Notes under the pieces: model-generated
Database searches by the model: none
What the model was told of the DNA's origin: nothing
What the model saw: the letters and a program-made list of their open reading frames with translations, nothing else
DNA from: Trichoplax sp. H2
Taxonomy: Eukaryota
Direction of reading: 5' to 3'
Assembly: GCA_003344405.1 (NCBI GenBank)
Contig: NOWV01000177.1
Coordinates: 1 to 64,000, forward strand
DNA: 64,000 nucleotides
Position numbers and translations under genes: made by a program
Shown: positions 35,412 to 51,400 of the stretch, piece after piece
Layout of the letters: the number at the start of each line of letters is the position of its first letter
Position numbering within the stretch: position 1 is the stretch's first letter

Positions 35412-38400
35412 CTGACGTTGAAAATGGCAAGAAAGAGCCAAGACAAGTTAGCGAAAAAGAAAAAAAAATATTAGACGAGGAAGATAAAGATGAAAGTATA
35501 GAGGAAGAGGAAGAAATTGACCAAGAAATGAAAGACGATCAAAATGAAATTTATTGGGGCAACTGGATGGAATTCCTTCTGTCTTGCATTGGTTACGCTG
35601 TCGGCTATAGTAATGTCTTGAGGTTTCCGTACATCTGCTATAAGCATGGTGGAGGTTAGTTGAGGTTGATTGCTTGATTACTTATTTCTTCTCGCTGAAA
35701 TTTATACCAATTTAGATATTTCCTGGTTTCAATTCAATCAGTAATACTCGTATAATAACAAACAAGGCACTTACAAATACTCGTATTTACAGATTATTAG
35801 AATTAGTGGACAATTTTACGATTTTCTACGATATTATACAATTTATAGCGAGCAAACGTCTAAGCAGATTCTTACCGGCTAAATTTTAGTGTAGAAAGGT
35901 TAAAAGATCTGACATACAAATGGAAGATAGGCGATTAAAATATAAAAGACCGAATGAATTAATGCGCCAATATTACTGTTTTGAATATTTAAATGATGGT
36001 TTGAAAATATTATAAATCGTATAGCTTTTATACCTTCACTTACAACATCTTAATTTGATTGTAATTGGACCTTTTAGGCGCTTTTCTCATTCCTTATTTT
36101 GTTTCTGTATTGTTGGTTGGAGTACCGACGTTACATATGGAGTTAGCTCTTGGCCAATATATGAGAATGGGTCCTGGCACACTATGGAAACATGTCTGTC
36201 CTGTTCTTAAAGGTACGATAAATATTCATTTCTTACATAGTAATGTTAGCGGTTAAAAAATACAAAAAAAATTTCGATTGGATTTCTTACTATAAGCAAT
36301 CTAAGTAAAGTGTTGAAACTAAGATCTTGCTGCTAAATTATTAAAATGGCAGATGCTATTCTTGAGCAATAGGCTTACACTACCAGATATTAACTATAGT
36401 TATTCAATTAAGCGCAGAGGCCTATTTGCTTTCACTTATAATATTGCGGATATATCTGATTTGATATTAATGCCTGTCCACATACTTAAAATAATATTTA
36501 GGCTTGGGTATTGCCATGATAGTTTCTTGCATTTTAAATGTGGTTTACTTTCATATCGTCTTGGCATGGTCACTCTTTTACTTTTACGCCAGTTTCTTTC
36601 CTCAATTGCCCTGGGCATCGTGTAATAATACCTGGAATACTCACGAATGCTATGTTACTGGGGATGTATTTGGAAACGTTAGCGGAAAAGCGGCTTCCGT
36701 TGAGTTCTTAGAGTAAGTTAATCGTCACAAATTACTGAATATTTAATTTCGTTGCACCGGGAGTAAGGAAATTTTCTCTAGCTATGATTTTTCGTAAACT
36801 TCCTTCCAAATAACATCGAAAATCTACCGACTATTAGCATTCCAATCTAAGATACCGCAAATAACATTTCATTGCCGTAATAAGCTGTAGATAATACTTT
36901 GATTTATAAACCTTTATAAATTCATAATTGCTTAATTTTTGATCGTCATTTATTCTAAGTCTTTTATACGCGTGTGCTTATATATTGACAGATTAATCGA
37001 TTTTCCTCAGAGTATCAATGTCACTGATGTTATAATGTCTTCTAAAATCAATAAATAATTATATGTTAGTCGCACAAGTTTCCTTTTCGCATTGCCGTAA
37101 TTACCCTAATTGCTCACCACAAATTCTGTCCTAATTGTCTCTGTGATAGTACATAGCGGCTTTTCATATAATACAAGTAGATTTATATTATTTACCAATT
37201 ATAGGAGATCCATGCTTAATGTCTCTAATTTTAATTTCATATCTTGTTAGCCTGGTTATACTATATTAAATATTTTTTACAATATCCTTTACTGATTTTT
37301 AATCTATCATAATATACACTATGTGCAATCATCTTATGTCAACGTGGAGTCGATACGATTTATTTTGTATCTTTCAACTATAAATCAAATGACATATTTT
37401 AAATTTTAGTCTAGAAACTCTAAGGATCGACGAAGGTGGAGCTTTGTATTATGATTTAGTGCCACACTTGGTAATCACACTTTTGATCGCCTGGACAATT
37501 ACCTACTGTGCAATGTGCATGGGTATCGAATCTTCCGGAAAGGTTGAATATTCTAATCAAGGATATAGTTTGTGTAGAAATAAACTAAAAGAAGAGATTA
37601 TACAGTAATTGGACCTTGTTCTCATTCAATTTACGTATCCCTTTCTTCATTCTAGGTGGTTTACTTCACCGCCACAGCTCCTTATGTTATGTTATTCTCC
37701 TTATTAATAAGAGCGGTTACACTACCGGGTGCTACTCAAGGCATTATTCAATTTCTAGTGCCGGATTTTAGTAAGCTGGGAACGCTAGATGTAAGTTCAT
37801 GTTATAGCAAACCAAAAAAATGTCTTATTTATTTGCACATAAAAATATGATAGAATGCAAACGGAAATACTGTAAGATGAAAGTGAATAAATTGAATTGA
37901 AACGTTGTTTGCATTAGCCTTGGGCTGATGCTTTAGGGCAGGTACTTTCAGCAATCGGAATTGGATTTGGTGCAATTATAACATTAGGAAGTTATAACCG
38001 CCGTGATAACAAATGTGGCAGGTAATTTCTTTTATTTCGTTTACAGTATTCATGAGCCCTTAGGTCATAATAGGAAATCGGTTTGACAAAATTATTGGAT
38101 TTGAATACAACCTACTGTTTGATTTTATAGAGATAGTGCTTACATTTGCACCATTACAAGTTTTACAAGTATAACCGCTGGTCTTGTGTGCTTTGCTGTT
38201 CTCGGCTATTTGTCTCGTATTACTGGTAAACCTATTGATGATTTGATTAGCGAAGGTATGAAAACGTTATAAAATCCTCAAATCCATTCAATTAATAAGT
38301 TGATGAATGATTAGGATTTTCTGTTACGGAACGACCAAGGATTTCAATCAGGGATAATATCGTATTAAAATAAACATGTTTAGCCATACTAAGTTATCAC

Positions 38401-40988
38401 CAGTAAAAGGATTTTTACCTACGATAAAGAATCCTGTACTTTACTCTGTAGTAATTTAGATATCTTACCCGTTACATCACAAGTATTTCCTTCTACCTTT
38501 CATTGTTATAGCTTGTGCTTTTTGTCTGTTCTATGGCTACATTAATACTCATTACAGCTAGAAAAATTGTAGAGCTGCTGATCATTACGATTGAAATTTG
38601 CTTAGAGATCTTACCGATTTCTGATTAATTGAATTTCACTTCCTGTTGGCACAGAGATCGTAATTGCCTTTATTGCCTATCCAGAAGCTATTGCAAAATT
38701 ACCAAGTCCACACTTTTGGGCCATAGCCTTTTTCTTTATGTTACTTCTATTAGGAATGGACAGCATCGTATGTGGAAAATTCTTATTCTTATAACTTAAA
38801 TCACAACCTTGATAATTAGATGATGGAGAGAGTTATGTAGGAATTGACTTAAATCTATTTTATTCTCCTATTATCAATACTAGTATGGTATGGTAGAGAC
38901 ATTAATTACCACAGCAGTTCGATTTTCGAAAGGGAGGTGGGAGAATAGAAAGCCCATGGTGACATTTTTTATTTGTGCAGGTCTTTTTACAATAGGTTTA
39001 ATATTTACTACTAGGGTAAGTTAACATGAATAGATAATGGTCTACATTGTCTACGTTTCTGTTCGTATATTTCTTTAACTAAAATTAGCATAATGCACAT
39101 GTAAAACACTACGGGGTAAAGTTATCATTTAAAACTAGCCCTATTTGGTAAACTAAAATAAGCCGTAGCTTAGCTGTTTCAAAAGCATTATAAAGCCGCT
39201 AGATTTGAGAGGTTTATAAACCACCACATATGTAATTTGAGACTGATTCTATAAGTGTGATCATAGTCAAAGTGGATATGATTATAATCATATAATTTTA
39301 GATCCTTCATTTTTATTTCTAGTCTGGTCTCTTTTGGCTTATCGTTGTAGATACCAATAATGCTGGTCCAATTGTACTTGGTTTGACCTTATTTGAGGTC
39401 TTGGCAGTTTCATTTGTATACGGTAAGAGTGGACTAAATCCTGACCAAATAGAAAATGCTAAAACATAAAGTACAGACTTATTGCATATGGAATCGCATT
39501 TTGAAAAGCGTACTAAATCTGAAGGAAATAGCAAATGCTACATATAAAGTAAAGGCTTTATTGCACATGTAATCGTATTTTAAAAAGTACACCAAATCCG
39601 AAACAAATAGAAAATGCTGAATATAAAGCAAAGGCTTTTCTGCATATTTAATGCTATTTTAAAAAGTACGCTAAATCACCTTTCAATTGAAAATGCTAAA
39701 TATAAAGTAAAGAATTTGCTGCATATGTAATCTTACTTTAAAATTTGCGCTAATCCTCACCCAATTGAAAATGGCAAATATAAAGTAAAGGCTGGATTGC
39801 ACATCAAATCCTATTTTAAAATCTGTTTACCGATATATCCCATATAAGAAATATTAAATCGAAGCTACTGCTGCTGATAAAATATTGAAAATTTTGAAAT
39901 GGATATTATGCATATAAGTTTATTGTCCACTTTACTACAGTGCATGATATATCGTCCTTGTTATGCTAAAATAAGTTTAACAATTCTATTAGCGATAGTT
40001 AGCATAACTTTATGACATTAGCAAAGAAAAAAAATGGCATCCATTACTAATAAATTTATAGAAATCATTTTACTAATATCCTTAATATATAAAGTATTAA
40101 GTTGCTGTTGCTGATTTACAGTAAATATAGAGAGCCTAAAGAAGATAAAATCATGTATATTTTTGCCTCAAAATTAGCATTTCATTTATGTAGTCTAGGA
40201 ACAGATATTTATAGCTTATTGAATGTTGTATCCATTTCAGGCGCTGATCGATTAGGTCAAAACGTCAAAGACATGACCGGATCTCGACCAAATAGCTATT
40301 GGATCTTGACATGGAAATACGTCTGTCCAATCGGTGCAGGTGTAAGTATTATATTGTCGTATTGAATGCACCTTGGCCAAAATAGTTCAATAAGCCTAAG
40401 CACATCTACTGTGAAATAAGCTCATAACTCTTAAGACTTAGCTTAGCGATTTTGCATTTCGTATCTTTAAGCTATAAGCAGTTATGATTAATTTAAACCT
40501 GGATATGATCCGGGTTTCATTGCAAATCTAATTTGTAAATTCTTTAGTTTAATTTTGTGGTCAGTTTGGCTAAAACTGAACCAATGGAATATCTTGGGAA
40601 ACCTGTTGAACCTTGGGGAGTTGGAATTGGCATCCTCTTGACATTATTAGTTTTAATTTGGATTCCTCTAGGAGCCATTTATCAACTTTATACCGCTGAA
40701 GGCAGCCTTAAACAGGTTAAGCATTTAAGCAGCTATTCTGTAGTGGTTGTAAGATTTGAAGGCTTATAAATTTATTAAGGAATCAACTACAGCTTACATT
40801 GCTTTATTCTGTACTTTAGTTCAATTTATTTTTTTGACATTTTTTTATTTATCATATAGAAATTTGCAACTTCCTTTTCGCCTCGATCAACCCATAAAAC
40901 CAAACGTAAGCAAGTGGATAGCGTTATTTTAACAAAGATCCTAACGGAGCCTTCTAAAATGGAATGCAACTATGTTTCTACAATATAG
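35412..40988 (+). CDS. SLC6 (neurotransmitter:sodium symporter family) transporter, paralogue A; 5' start uncertain
   Basis: About 13 GT-AG exons encoding [180 protein letters not shown]; ends [12 protein letters not shown] at 40988. First coding exon not located (in-frame ATG at 35528; candidate upstream exon ending near 32768). Confidence 0.92.
39433..39822. repeat. About 80-bp intronic minisatellite, 5 diverged copies
   Basis: aaaatgctaaa.ataaagtaaaggc.ttattgcacatgtaatc..attttaaaaagtac recurring near 39452, 39532, 39611, 39691, 39771. Confidence 0.85.
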
Positions 40989-41599
40989 TGAGCGATGGAA
41001 AACTCTGTCGTAGTCAGTGCATTATACTTACAGTAGTCCAATAGGATCATAATTTAATGATACTATAGTCCAACAAGGATATTCTTAAATTTCTATACTT
41101 TCCTTACATAAAGGATATTTCCTATTTTCAGTCGCAATCTAGCCTACTTAATTAACACATTACAACAGTAATAGCAAAGTGATATTATAAATTGTACTCT
41201 TCATTTTATTTCTCTCTAAACTTTAAGAATTAATTTACAGTTTGAAATTTTATTCTAACGTGAGCGTCAAATCAATTTGCTTATTTGTATTACTCTGGTA
41301 TATAGGATATTACAATTTTTCATGAAAATTAATCTTGCAGTGCTATATTATGGAATAAAATATTCTATCAAGGCAATCAAATAACCTTTGACATCTGATT
41401 GTAATTGCTACTTCTTTCTACAGATATACTGAAAAAAGCTATAAATTTATATAGTAAACTGTAGATTCTAATAACTGTACAGAATAAGACGTAGGCATTG
41501 TACAACTTTAGGAATTAGAGTAGAGATGAAAAGCTACATTATTTCAATTCTGTTAAAAATTGCAATCCGATCTTAATAAGCTTGCTACTTCAAAGTGAC

Positions 41600-42220
41600 T
41601 TATAGATCTTGACTTCTACAAGTTATTGAAAATGAAAATTTATGTTCTTAGTATGATATCTGCAAAAGCCCAAATCGGATTTTACATCACCACTAATAAT
41701 TACGTAGCATAATTATTATTGTATAAACTAGATTTCTCATGCTTGCACAAACATATTTCATTCGCTTGATATCTGCTTAAAAATTATATGAACTCATTGC
41801 TAGAAAAACAAGTTGTATTTCTTGACTTTCTACTGGATATTAATAAAGAAATTTCTTTTCATGCTATAAGATCTGTAAGAGCACAAATTGGGTTTTTCAC
41901 TATATCGCATTTTTAGTTAAAGTAAATAATATTTGTTTGAAACCTAGATTTCACTCGCTTACTCAAATATATTTCATATGCTTAGTATCTGATTGGAATT
42001 GTATAAGCTCATCTATAGAAGAACGACTTGAAGATCTTGACTTTCTACTAGACATTATTGAAAAAAGGAATTTTTTTCCTCAGCATGATATCTGCAAGAG
42101 CACAGATCGGATTTTAAAGTATCTCCCATTTGCGTAGTATACCAGTAATTAATACTGTATAAGCCTATATTTCACGTGTTTACAAAAAATGCATTCCGTT
42201 TGCATAGTATTTAATTCGAA
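41600..42220. repeat. About 215-230-bp diverged tandem repeat, roughly 3 copies, downstream of SLC6-A
   Basis: Recurring blocks tcttgactttcta.., atgatatctgcaa.agc.ca.atcggatttta and ctagatttc..gctt..caaa.atatttcat. Confidence 0.65.
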
Positions 42221-44919
42221 TAATAAGGGAAAGGTGGAACTTTTATAAAAATATCTAACCCTTTTCAATCTCAAATTTAATTGTTCCTTGAAATAAAGCT
42301 TTGTCTATTTATTGGATAGGTGTCCTAAATCATATCGGTATAAATAAACTTTAACGAAAGGATTAGTGATTTTACCACCTGTGATGGCATTCCAGGAAAT
42401 CAATTATTTTAGCTTTTAAAGCTAATTCTAATTGCATAATATTCTGAAGTATATTTGTATAAACATAGCTTAGCTTTGCAATCTCCGTCCTTTTATTTCT
42501 AAGGATCGATTTTACATGAAATCAACTCTATTCTGCTTGTTCGATTAACGAATATCAATACAATGATAGCTTATATTTGCTTAAATAGTTCAAGTTGATT
42601 AATTTTTAATGCTATCCGTGATAGTTTGCCTGCAGATAACTTTATTTATCCACAGAATCTGACGTCGCGCATAATTCAAGATTGTTCTTTCTCAGCATGT
42701 TCATTTCAATTTAAATCAAGCCAAGAAGATTTAGAAGATACTTAGCAGTAGCAATCGAGCTAAAATTTGAGCCTCTCATCGACTTTATCCTGTCAAAAGA
42801 TGGCTTTTAATAACTGCAAGTGATTCATTTCACATATGAAATACAACTGTTGGATACTGCCTCATATTTTGCAACGATAGCTACAGCAATCATGATTGCA
42901 ATACATTTTGTATTTTCTTCACCGCAGCTTTATCGCTACGGGATTGCAAAAAACAATCACTGCTAGTTTGTTTTAAAAATTAATTTAATAAAATAAATAA
43001 TTCTAAGCAATTAGCTCTTCAATTCAATTGAATACATCAAATCGTATGATTTTATTCTTTTATGGGATGGATCAAAAGCCATATGCTAATTTACTATAAG
43101 GATTATGTAAATTCAAAGGATAAAATCAGCCATGCTTCAGTTTAGCTTGAAGAATATATTGATTTTTTATCGTCCAAGCTATTCCAGTTGAATAAGCCAT
43201 ATTAATCTATATAGGAATAAAACAACATTAGCAGTCTATCTTTAGGTTTAAGATGGTTAATAGTAAGAGAGGATAGAGCTTGCAGTGGCAATATTCGATA
43301 AGGCACATAAGATAGCCATAATCATCAATCATTATAGCAATTCTGAGCCTCAACTTTGGCATGTAGAATGCTAACAATATTGGTTTGCTAGTATACTAAA
43401 ACCTTTGCTTGGACGCTTTTCTTAGCCTTTTCATTTATTTCCCTTAAACAACTGTATCCATTTTGACTATCAAGATATAAGAGAATCTCCCAATTATTCC
43501 GATTTGCTCTGATCTCGAATACAAATTAGATCGACTATCTTAATCAAATCAAAAGATTTGTTAATGTGGTCTATTAAATTTAAGGGAGAGATAAAACTCC
43601 AAAATGCCATTGAGCTTACGTTTGCCATTGCAATGGATCGTAATGAGAAGAATGCTTCATAACTAGAAATTCAACTTTCAGTTGAAAATTATATTTTATG
43701 CATTCCTTAATATTCGTCCACTGTATAAAATTATTTTCAATAATTAATTTCCCTTAGTAAGAAAAGTATAATTTCATTCTTCCAGGCTTCAAGGCCAATC
43801 TAAATTAAGTAACTCATTTTTATTCTGTAATTTAAGTAGATAGCGTTATTTTAGGCTACTAAATTACTTTGTGGATCATCAAAAGAATGACCTTACTTGT
43901 TTTACATAATTTCAGCCAAGATTAAAAGCTGATAGGGCTGATTTTGTAGCATTATCTACGCGTCGATTACTCTAATGGATGATCCTATTTGTTGGCTGTG
44001 AAGGAGCATGTGTAGGGGAAAATTAAGAGAGACATATAATTACTGTTACGCTTCTGTAATTTTAGTATATTGTTATTATTTTGAGGCACGTAGAAGATTG
44101 GATGCTGAAATGAGCATGTAGTGTAGTAAAATGTTATTTTAATTCATTATGAGTTTCAATTTATTATCATCTATTGCTATATTTTTTAATTATATTTTAA
44201 TCAATATGAACCTGTGCCTCCTACCAAGTCATTTTATCTTATTTATTTTTTAAAATACGTTTTCATCTATCAATAAAGGAAAAAATCCAAATGTCTCAAG
44301 CTCATATTTGTATAGTAGATTTTCTATGGATGCATAAATTAAAGAAGTTTATAGTTGTTTCGCTGTTAGACGCCGCAATATCTTGTGGTTGCCATGAAAT
44401 TAACCGTTATATAACGATAACGCTGTTTGTGAACATAATGCCCTGTCAGACTACGAAATAATGACCTGCGCTTGTGCATGGAATACATTGAGAACTTATT
44501 ACTGATTTAAAATATTATACTTAATTAATGCGATGTGTATTATGAGAAATCCGTAAAGCTAGATGGAGTTGTTAGGCCAGTTCTAACTTGTAAGTATTCA
44601 ACTTTAAAGGCTACCACGCGAGAGTATGAACCAAAATATTGACGCGTTATACTTCCTTGCGAAAGTATAGTATAAATAGACCATCCAATAATTACAGTAA
44701 TCGACATTTCTAAAAAAACGTTTTCTTAAATTGGTACATAATCCTACAAATAAAGCTAATTATCATATCAGATATGAAATTATTAACTAAATCTAGATAA
44801 ACCTAGTGGAGTAAATAAGATATTTTGCTATTTCTTCCAGTAGCATCAAACTAGGTTAGGATTCAAGAATGAGCCATTATTTTAAAAAGTAATTGGTTCC
44901 TGAATCAAACTACGGCTCT

Positions 44920-46710
44920 AACTAATATCAACCAGTATTATCCTTATGTAATTTTTTACTCGTGAAATAAATTAAAATTGTCTAATCCTGTCAACAAGAT
45001 TGATTTCATATAGTACGCAAATAACTAATATTGACCAGTGTCACTCTTTAGCATTTCTTATTCATGGACTAAATCAAAACTGTCTAATCCCGTCAACAAG
45101 ATTGATATTACATAGTAAACTAAGGGACTAATATCAAACAGAGTCATTCCAAAGCATTTCTTATTCATGAATTAAATTAAGACTGTTCAATGCCGTCAAC
45201 AAGATTGATAATACAGGGCCCATCAAGGGATTAACATCTAACAGTATCCTAATTATTGTTTATTTATGAAGTATATTGAAATTGTCTAATCCCGTCAACT
45301 AGATTGATATCACATGGAAAGTTAGGAGACTAACATCAAACAAGGTCATTCCTAAGCAATTTTTTATTCATGAAATAAACTAATATTGTCTTATTCCGCT
45401 AGCAAGATTGAACCTATAGGGCAAGATATGGGACCAACATCAAAAAGTGTCGTTTGTAAACATTTTATGCATGAACGCCACCAATACGCATTTATATGTA
45501 TTCTTGTGACATAAATACACCAGAGATATTTTCGGGTCTTCTTCTATCTCGAACGACTTATCAAGTTTAATTTCCCGAGATAACTACGAACTTTTTCCTT
45601 AAGTTTCACGATACAAACGATATAGACCTTCTCATAGGGCGAAAGTGATAAAATAATAAACACTTTATAGTAAAAGTAACCTACTTTTATACCTTCTATC
45701 GATATTCTGGAGCAGTTGCTGATTCGATACTTTGAAATGAATACTAAAAAACGATATCGGCTATCATGTATTTTCAGATCTAAATTTGTATTACTTTATG
45801 CTCTATTTCATAATATGTTAGAGCACGCTTATAGCATGAGGCAGTCATGGTCTGAACACTATCTGACCTTTGAGCTCTCTTACAAATTAGATATGTAACT
45901 AATTGACTTGTTTTAACAAGAAATTGAATTAGTATTACATACTCGTAATCTAACGACAAGTTATTAACCATACCGTATGATAATCAATATAGTGTATTTA
46001 TTCTTATTTCTTAACGGTTGTCTTTCACACCGCGGCAGTAAAATAAATTAAAAATTGTCTTATCCCGTCAAACAAGATTGATGCTACATGGTAAGCCAAG
46101 GAACAAACATCAACAGTACCATTCCTAACCATTGATTATTCATGAAATAAATTAAGAATATCTAATCCAGCCAAATAAATCATCAAAATATTGCAGGGCG
46201 AGCTAGGAGACTATTATTAAGCAGTATTATTCCTAACCATTTTTTATTCATGAAACAAATTAAAATTGTCTAATCCCGTTAACAAGGTTGATAATGCATA
46301 GTAAACTAAGGGACTAATATCAAATAGCGTCATTCTTAAGCAATTTCTTATTCATGAAATAAATTAAAATTGTCTAATTCCGTCAACAAGACTGATATTG
46401 CATAGTAAGCAAAAGGGCTAATATTCAACAGTGTCATTCCTAAGCATTTCTTATTCATAAAATAAATCAAAATTGTCTAATTCCGTCAACCAGATTGATA
46501 GTGCAAGGTAAGCCAATAGACCAACATCAAACACTGTCATTCCTAAGCATTTCTTATTTATGAAATAAATTAAGATTATCTAATCCTGATAACTAGATTG
46601 ATATTCTATTGCTACCTAAGGAACTAATAACAAAGAGGGTCATTTCCAAGTATTTCATTTTCATTCTTGAAGTAAATTAAATTTGTCTAATCTCGTCAAC
46701 AAGATCGATT
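44920..46710. repeat. About 103-bp satellite, roughly 12 copies in two blocks (44920-45475 and 46035-46710)
   Basis: Unit like aattgtctaatcccgtcaacaagattgat...aagggactaatatcaaac.gtgtcattcctaagcatttcttattcatgaaataaattaa; cores near 44980, 45082, 45184, 45284, 45388 and 46057, 46160, 46268, 46372, 46475, 46578, 46685. Confidence 0.9.
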
Positions 46711-48478
46711 TTTTGTACGGTAGTAAAGTGGGGATCCGTCAATCCAGGACAGAAACGAAAGTCATCTATTTTTTTATCCAAATGAAAGTAGTATGGGAAA
46801 TGGAACGAATAACTACATGTAGAACGGCTGGGAAACCCTATATTGTCACTCCAACTTTACGATGGCTTTAGGCTAAGGAAGGAATGATTCGGATTCCTTA
46901 AATCTATGGTAAAGATTGTTAATTTAATCAGTCCGTAATAAGTTGTCCATTGCTTTCATGAGTTAATAGCCATTTGCCGCAACCAACTTTGACTAATTAC
47001 TACTAGTATTCTTACTATAAAATTAAATTAACACTGAATTATACTAATTAATTTGCATTTAATTTAGAGGTAGACACTTATGAAATCTTTTTGGATGTCT
47101 ATCAAGCATTAAGATTGAGATCATTCAATATTTTATTCAAAATAAGGGTATAAAACGTTAGATAACGTCGGATTAATACTGTTCGAAAATTTATGATCAT
47201 CACATTAACTTTATGATAGATTTAATCTACAACTGGAATTTTATCATCATTCTAGTGGTTACAACTATCTGAAATGTAGCTACGATATATAATAATTATA
47301 AGTGGTGATGCAACAAGTGGCTTATGTTATTTCAACGTTAGCATCGATTTCTTGGACTAATAAATAAAAGTATAGGCAAACTTTGTTGATCGATTGCAAG
47401 TTGTTACTGTATCTGCTAAAATTGACTTTATTGATGCATCTGACAAAATCAAGAATTAATCGACATACGCATTCATCCAAGCTACAGTAGGAAAATGAAT
47501 TCAATGACTTTGTTTGAGCAGTTAGCTAAAATATTATCTTTACTATAATTTTATGATGACATTAATGCCGGTACATAAAAGATTAATATAAAATCGATTA
47601 ATGAACCAACGGAACAATGGAGTACCTGCTATTGATTTTACCTCGAAAGATTTATTTGTGCGTGAATAATTAACTGTGAATTTGTCTGGCTATAGATTCA
47701 TGCTCTTTTGAATATTATATTAGGAGTAAGATAATAGGTTGCAAATAAAGATGGCCACTATTGAAAAAAACAAGGAAGATGCTAATTAGTCGATACTGTA
47801 ATATGCTAAAGGTAAGCCTTGACTAAGTAATTTGCTATTGAAGAGACTGCCTAACGCATTTGTAAAATTAATCTTTTATCATAATGATGCACTCTCTATT
47901 CTAGCAATTGAATATTAACTTCCTGCACTAAATGAAAACAATACCTTTCATAAAAAAATTAGAGCTTTACAAATTTGGGAGCTTAAGGGCAGGGCTATCT
48001 CACCCCCTATAGATAAAAATTAGTATGATTGTAGAAATAACGACTATATATCATTACGCTTCAAAAAATTTTTCTTAGAACTTGTTATCCGCTGGCAACC
48101 GGCGGAAAGTTTTCTAAAAATTTCTGAGTACTCTGTTAAGGTAAGAACCTAAAATTACTTCCCGTTATTATTATGCCGATTAATCTAGACTTTGAGTTCA
48201 GTTCAATGCTGAATTGATTTCAGAATTTTTAAATATCATTATAAATTGATTCATGGATTTGCTTAAGAATCTGCTATATTCAATTTTGATCCTGAAATAC
48301 CATCAATATCATTTTAAATTAGCAGTGGTCATTAGGAACTTTTCTGCGGTTTGTAACTCGAGTTTTACTGCATAAAGACATCGATATAAGCAATTCATCA
48401 TTTTCTTGACAACTGTTGAACATATAAAGTTCTTAAAATTCAAATTGGGTAAATAAAGCTGAGAGCGTAGCTAGCAAG

Positions 48479-51400
48479 ATGGAGATGCGACCAGTCGAAG
48501 GTCTTGTCCAAGGTAAGGCTAATTTTTATATTTATTAATCCTAGAAAAATTTTCAACATCATTTCTACTTTATACTGAGTATGATCGGATTGAAGAGTAA
48601 ATTGCTTTTCGATGCTTAATGTGCTTTCGTAATTTTTCTTGCTTCGATTTTTCCTGTATAATAACCTATCATGCCTTAGATCCGGAAAAACAACCTGAAA
48701 AATCTGAAAAGAAAGAGTTAGATGATGCTTTATCCAGTGAAATAGAAGATGTTAAAAATGATCAAAATCAAATTTATTGGGGCAACTGGTTTGAATTTAT
48801 TTTGTCATGTGTTGGATACGCTGTCGGCTACAGCAATGTACTTCGTTTTCCTTATATCTGCTACAAGCACGGAGGAGGTAAAATCATTTCTAAACGTTAC
48901 TACCTGCTTGATATCATATATGATTCTGTTGGCTAGTAAACTTTAGACACCTTATTAATAATCAAGGTGCTTTTATCGAACATTATACTATTTTCTAAAA
49001 TAATAAGCCAACTAAACGAAGTGCCAACAATATTGGTACACAGGCCTTGATTAAACTCTTAAACATCTTCCCCATAGCCAATTTTTTAACGGTTCCTTCC
49101 TTAATTTGAAGATACGAATTGATTTGCTAATATCAGTCTTTTTTATTTACTTAATTTATAAAATCATCCTATAGACAGCACTGCAGTACATCGGTAGCGA
49201 CTCTGCAATCCTCATTTTCTCCTTCGGTTTATGAATTTTTAATCTTTTTATTTCTATTTATTTGGCGAGAAAATGAAGAGAACATATGCCTTAGTTTCAC
49301 TTCTGAAGTCAGTAGCATAGGCATGCTTATTTCTAAGGATCTATCTGTTATTTCTTCTCGTAGCTATGATCGATTACGTTCTGTAACAACCAGCGGTTCG
49401 CCCTTACTAGGAGAAATAATCTATCGATACATAGTCCTGATAATTAATCAATCTTTATCTATTCCAAACGAACCAGATATATGTTGTATTCATATAGAGG
49501 CACCTATATCCGTAACTAGACAATTTCACAATAGTATATCCAGACTAGGCTTAGTTAAAAGGCGACGTAGGCAGCCTATTGAAAGAATTATTCTTCATTT
49601 GTACTTTATTAATTAGAGTTAATTACTAATGCATTAGTAGCGCATTGACTTTTTTTGACTGGGATCAATCGGGCATTATCACGCGTATTTTAATCAAAGC
49701 AATAAATCTAATATCTTTTAAAGGTAAAGATTTTCAACCATTAGATATCTATGAAATTTAGTGCGCCGGCGAGAACGTGTAGCTAGACTGTCCATTAATA
49801 TTTTAAGTTTTCCTGTTATAGTAATTTTAATTTAAGGAAACCTATACCTAAAATATGTCTATTACCACTACCTGATATTCGATTATATTCTAATCATTTC
49901 CCTAATTGAAACTTCTTTTCCTATTCTTGCTATATCGGATAATTTCTCTTACGTAGTCATATTTATTCTTGGATAAAAACAGCAATGAGATGGGACACCA
50001 ATAATGCTATCCTGTCTCACTCTTCTTAATCAAACAAAATAACATACTTAGAGACTTACATTACATCCAATAATAAAGTACTACATTTTTATCCTATTAA
50101 TTTAATTACCACTAGATCAAAGTTCACAATTTTTTCCATAATTTATTTTTATAAACAATTTAAGTTAGAAGTCTTGCTAAGATTAACAAAAGATGAAGAA
50201 CAATATAACTACTGACGACCGCATTATTAAGCATCAATTCGATAGTATAGTGCAGGTCTTAGAGGGGTGCCTGGATGGGTTACGCTATTTAAGTGCGAAA
50301 TCATTCTTCCGTGTTCTATGAAAGATTCAAATGTTAAAGTAAGGTTCAGTAATAGTGTGGATACTTTTTATCGCAGAATGATTTGAATAGATTGTTCCAT
50401 TGATGATCAATTGACGTTTATAGACGTATGTTCTGTTGACTGTCAATTTGATCTAGTCCTGATCGATTCGATTTTATGCAATGGATATTGATTGGAATAA
50501 ATAAGAAAACTGCCAAATCAAAAATTCGAGATCTTTCAGAACAGTAAAAGCTTAAATTAATCAGTGATCATTTAGATAGTATTATAAGAATACGCTTATA
50601 AATTAGATTAAGCTCAGTCCTGAAGCTGATTCTGGATTCCAAGGACCAAGATAGAAAAAATACAGCATAGTGAAGACAAGATAAAATGAAAGACTTACTT
50701 CTTATAATAAATTAAATCACTTGAATAGACTTCTTTGATTTTAGCAATATTAAAAAGTTCATATTAATAGAAGAATCAAACAATTTGCACCGTCATATTG
50801 CATGAATTGGATAGACAACAAGAACACTGCTAGTTATAAAGATAATTATAATAATCTTGATCAGGTTTATATACGCTAATGGTTCTAGAATGATTTCAAG
50901 AAATAGAAGCGAAATTGCTAGTTTATAGTTTAGACTAGTCGGGAGAGCAGTGGTACCTAGCACAGGGTTGCTATTCGATAAAATAACGTCGACCCATGCT
51001 GTTTCTTATGAAAGCAAGCAAGCGAACAAGAAACAAACAAGTTTTAAAAAATATAGTGGAAGAGTATTATTGTAATGATAATTCTTCATTGTAATTCTGC
51101 CTTCTATCAATAGTGAAATGCGATCGTTTATTATTGCCACTATCTTCACTGTTAGAAATTATTAAACATCCTCCTTCTTGTCTTATTCATGACATTTGCG
51201 CACAGAATTCTAAAAAGTTCATCATCGCAATAAGTTTAATCAAGTGCTGTAATAATCTAACCAATTAGTCAATGTAATCTGAAGGAATTTAGTTCCAACG
51301 AAATAAATTACAAAGTCAAGACGGATTTTATTAAAAATTAATATTATATCGTTAGAATGAATCACGATACTCTATCTGTATAGTAGTTTTAGAATGATTT

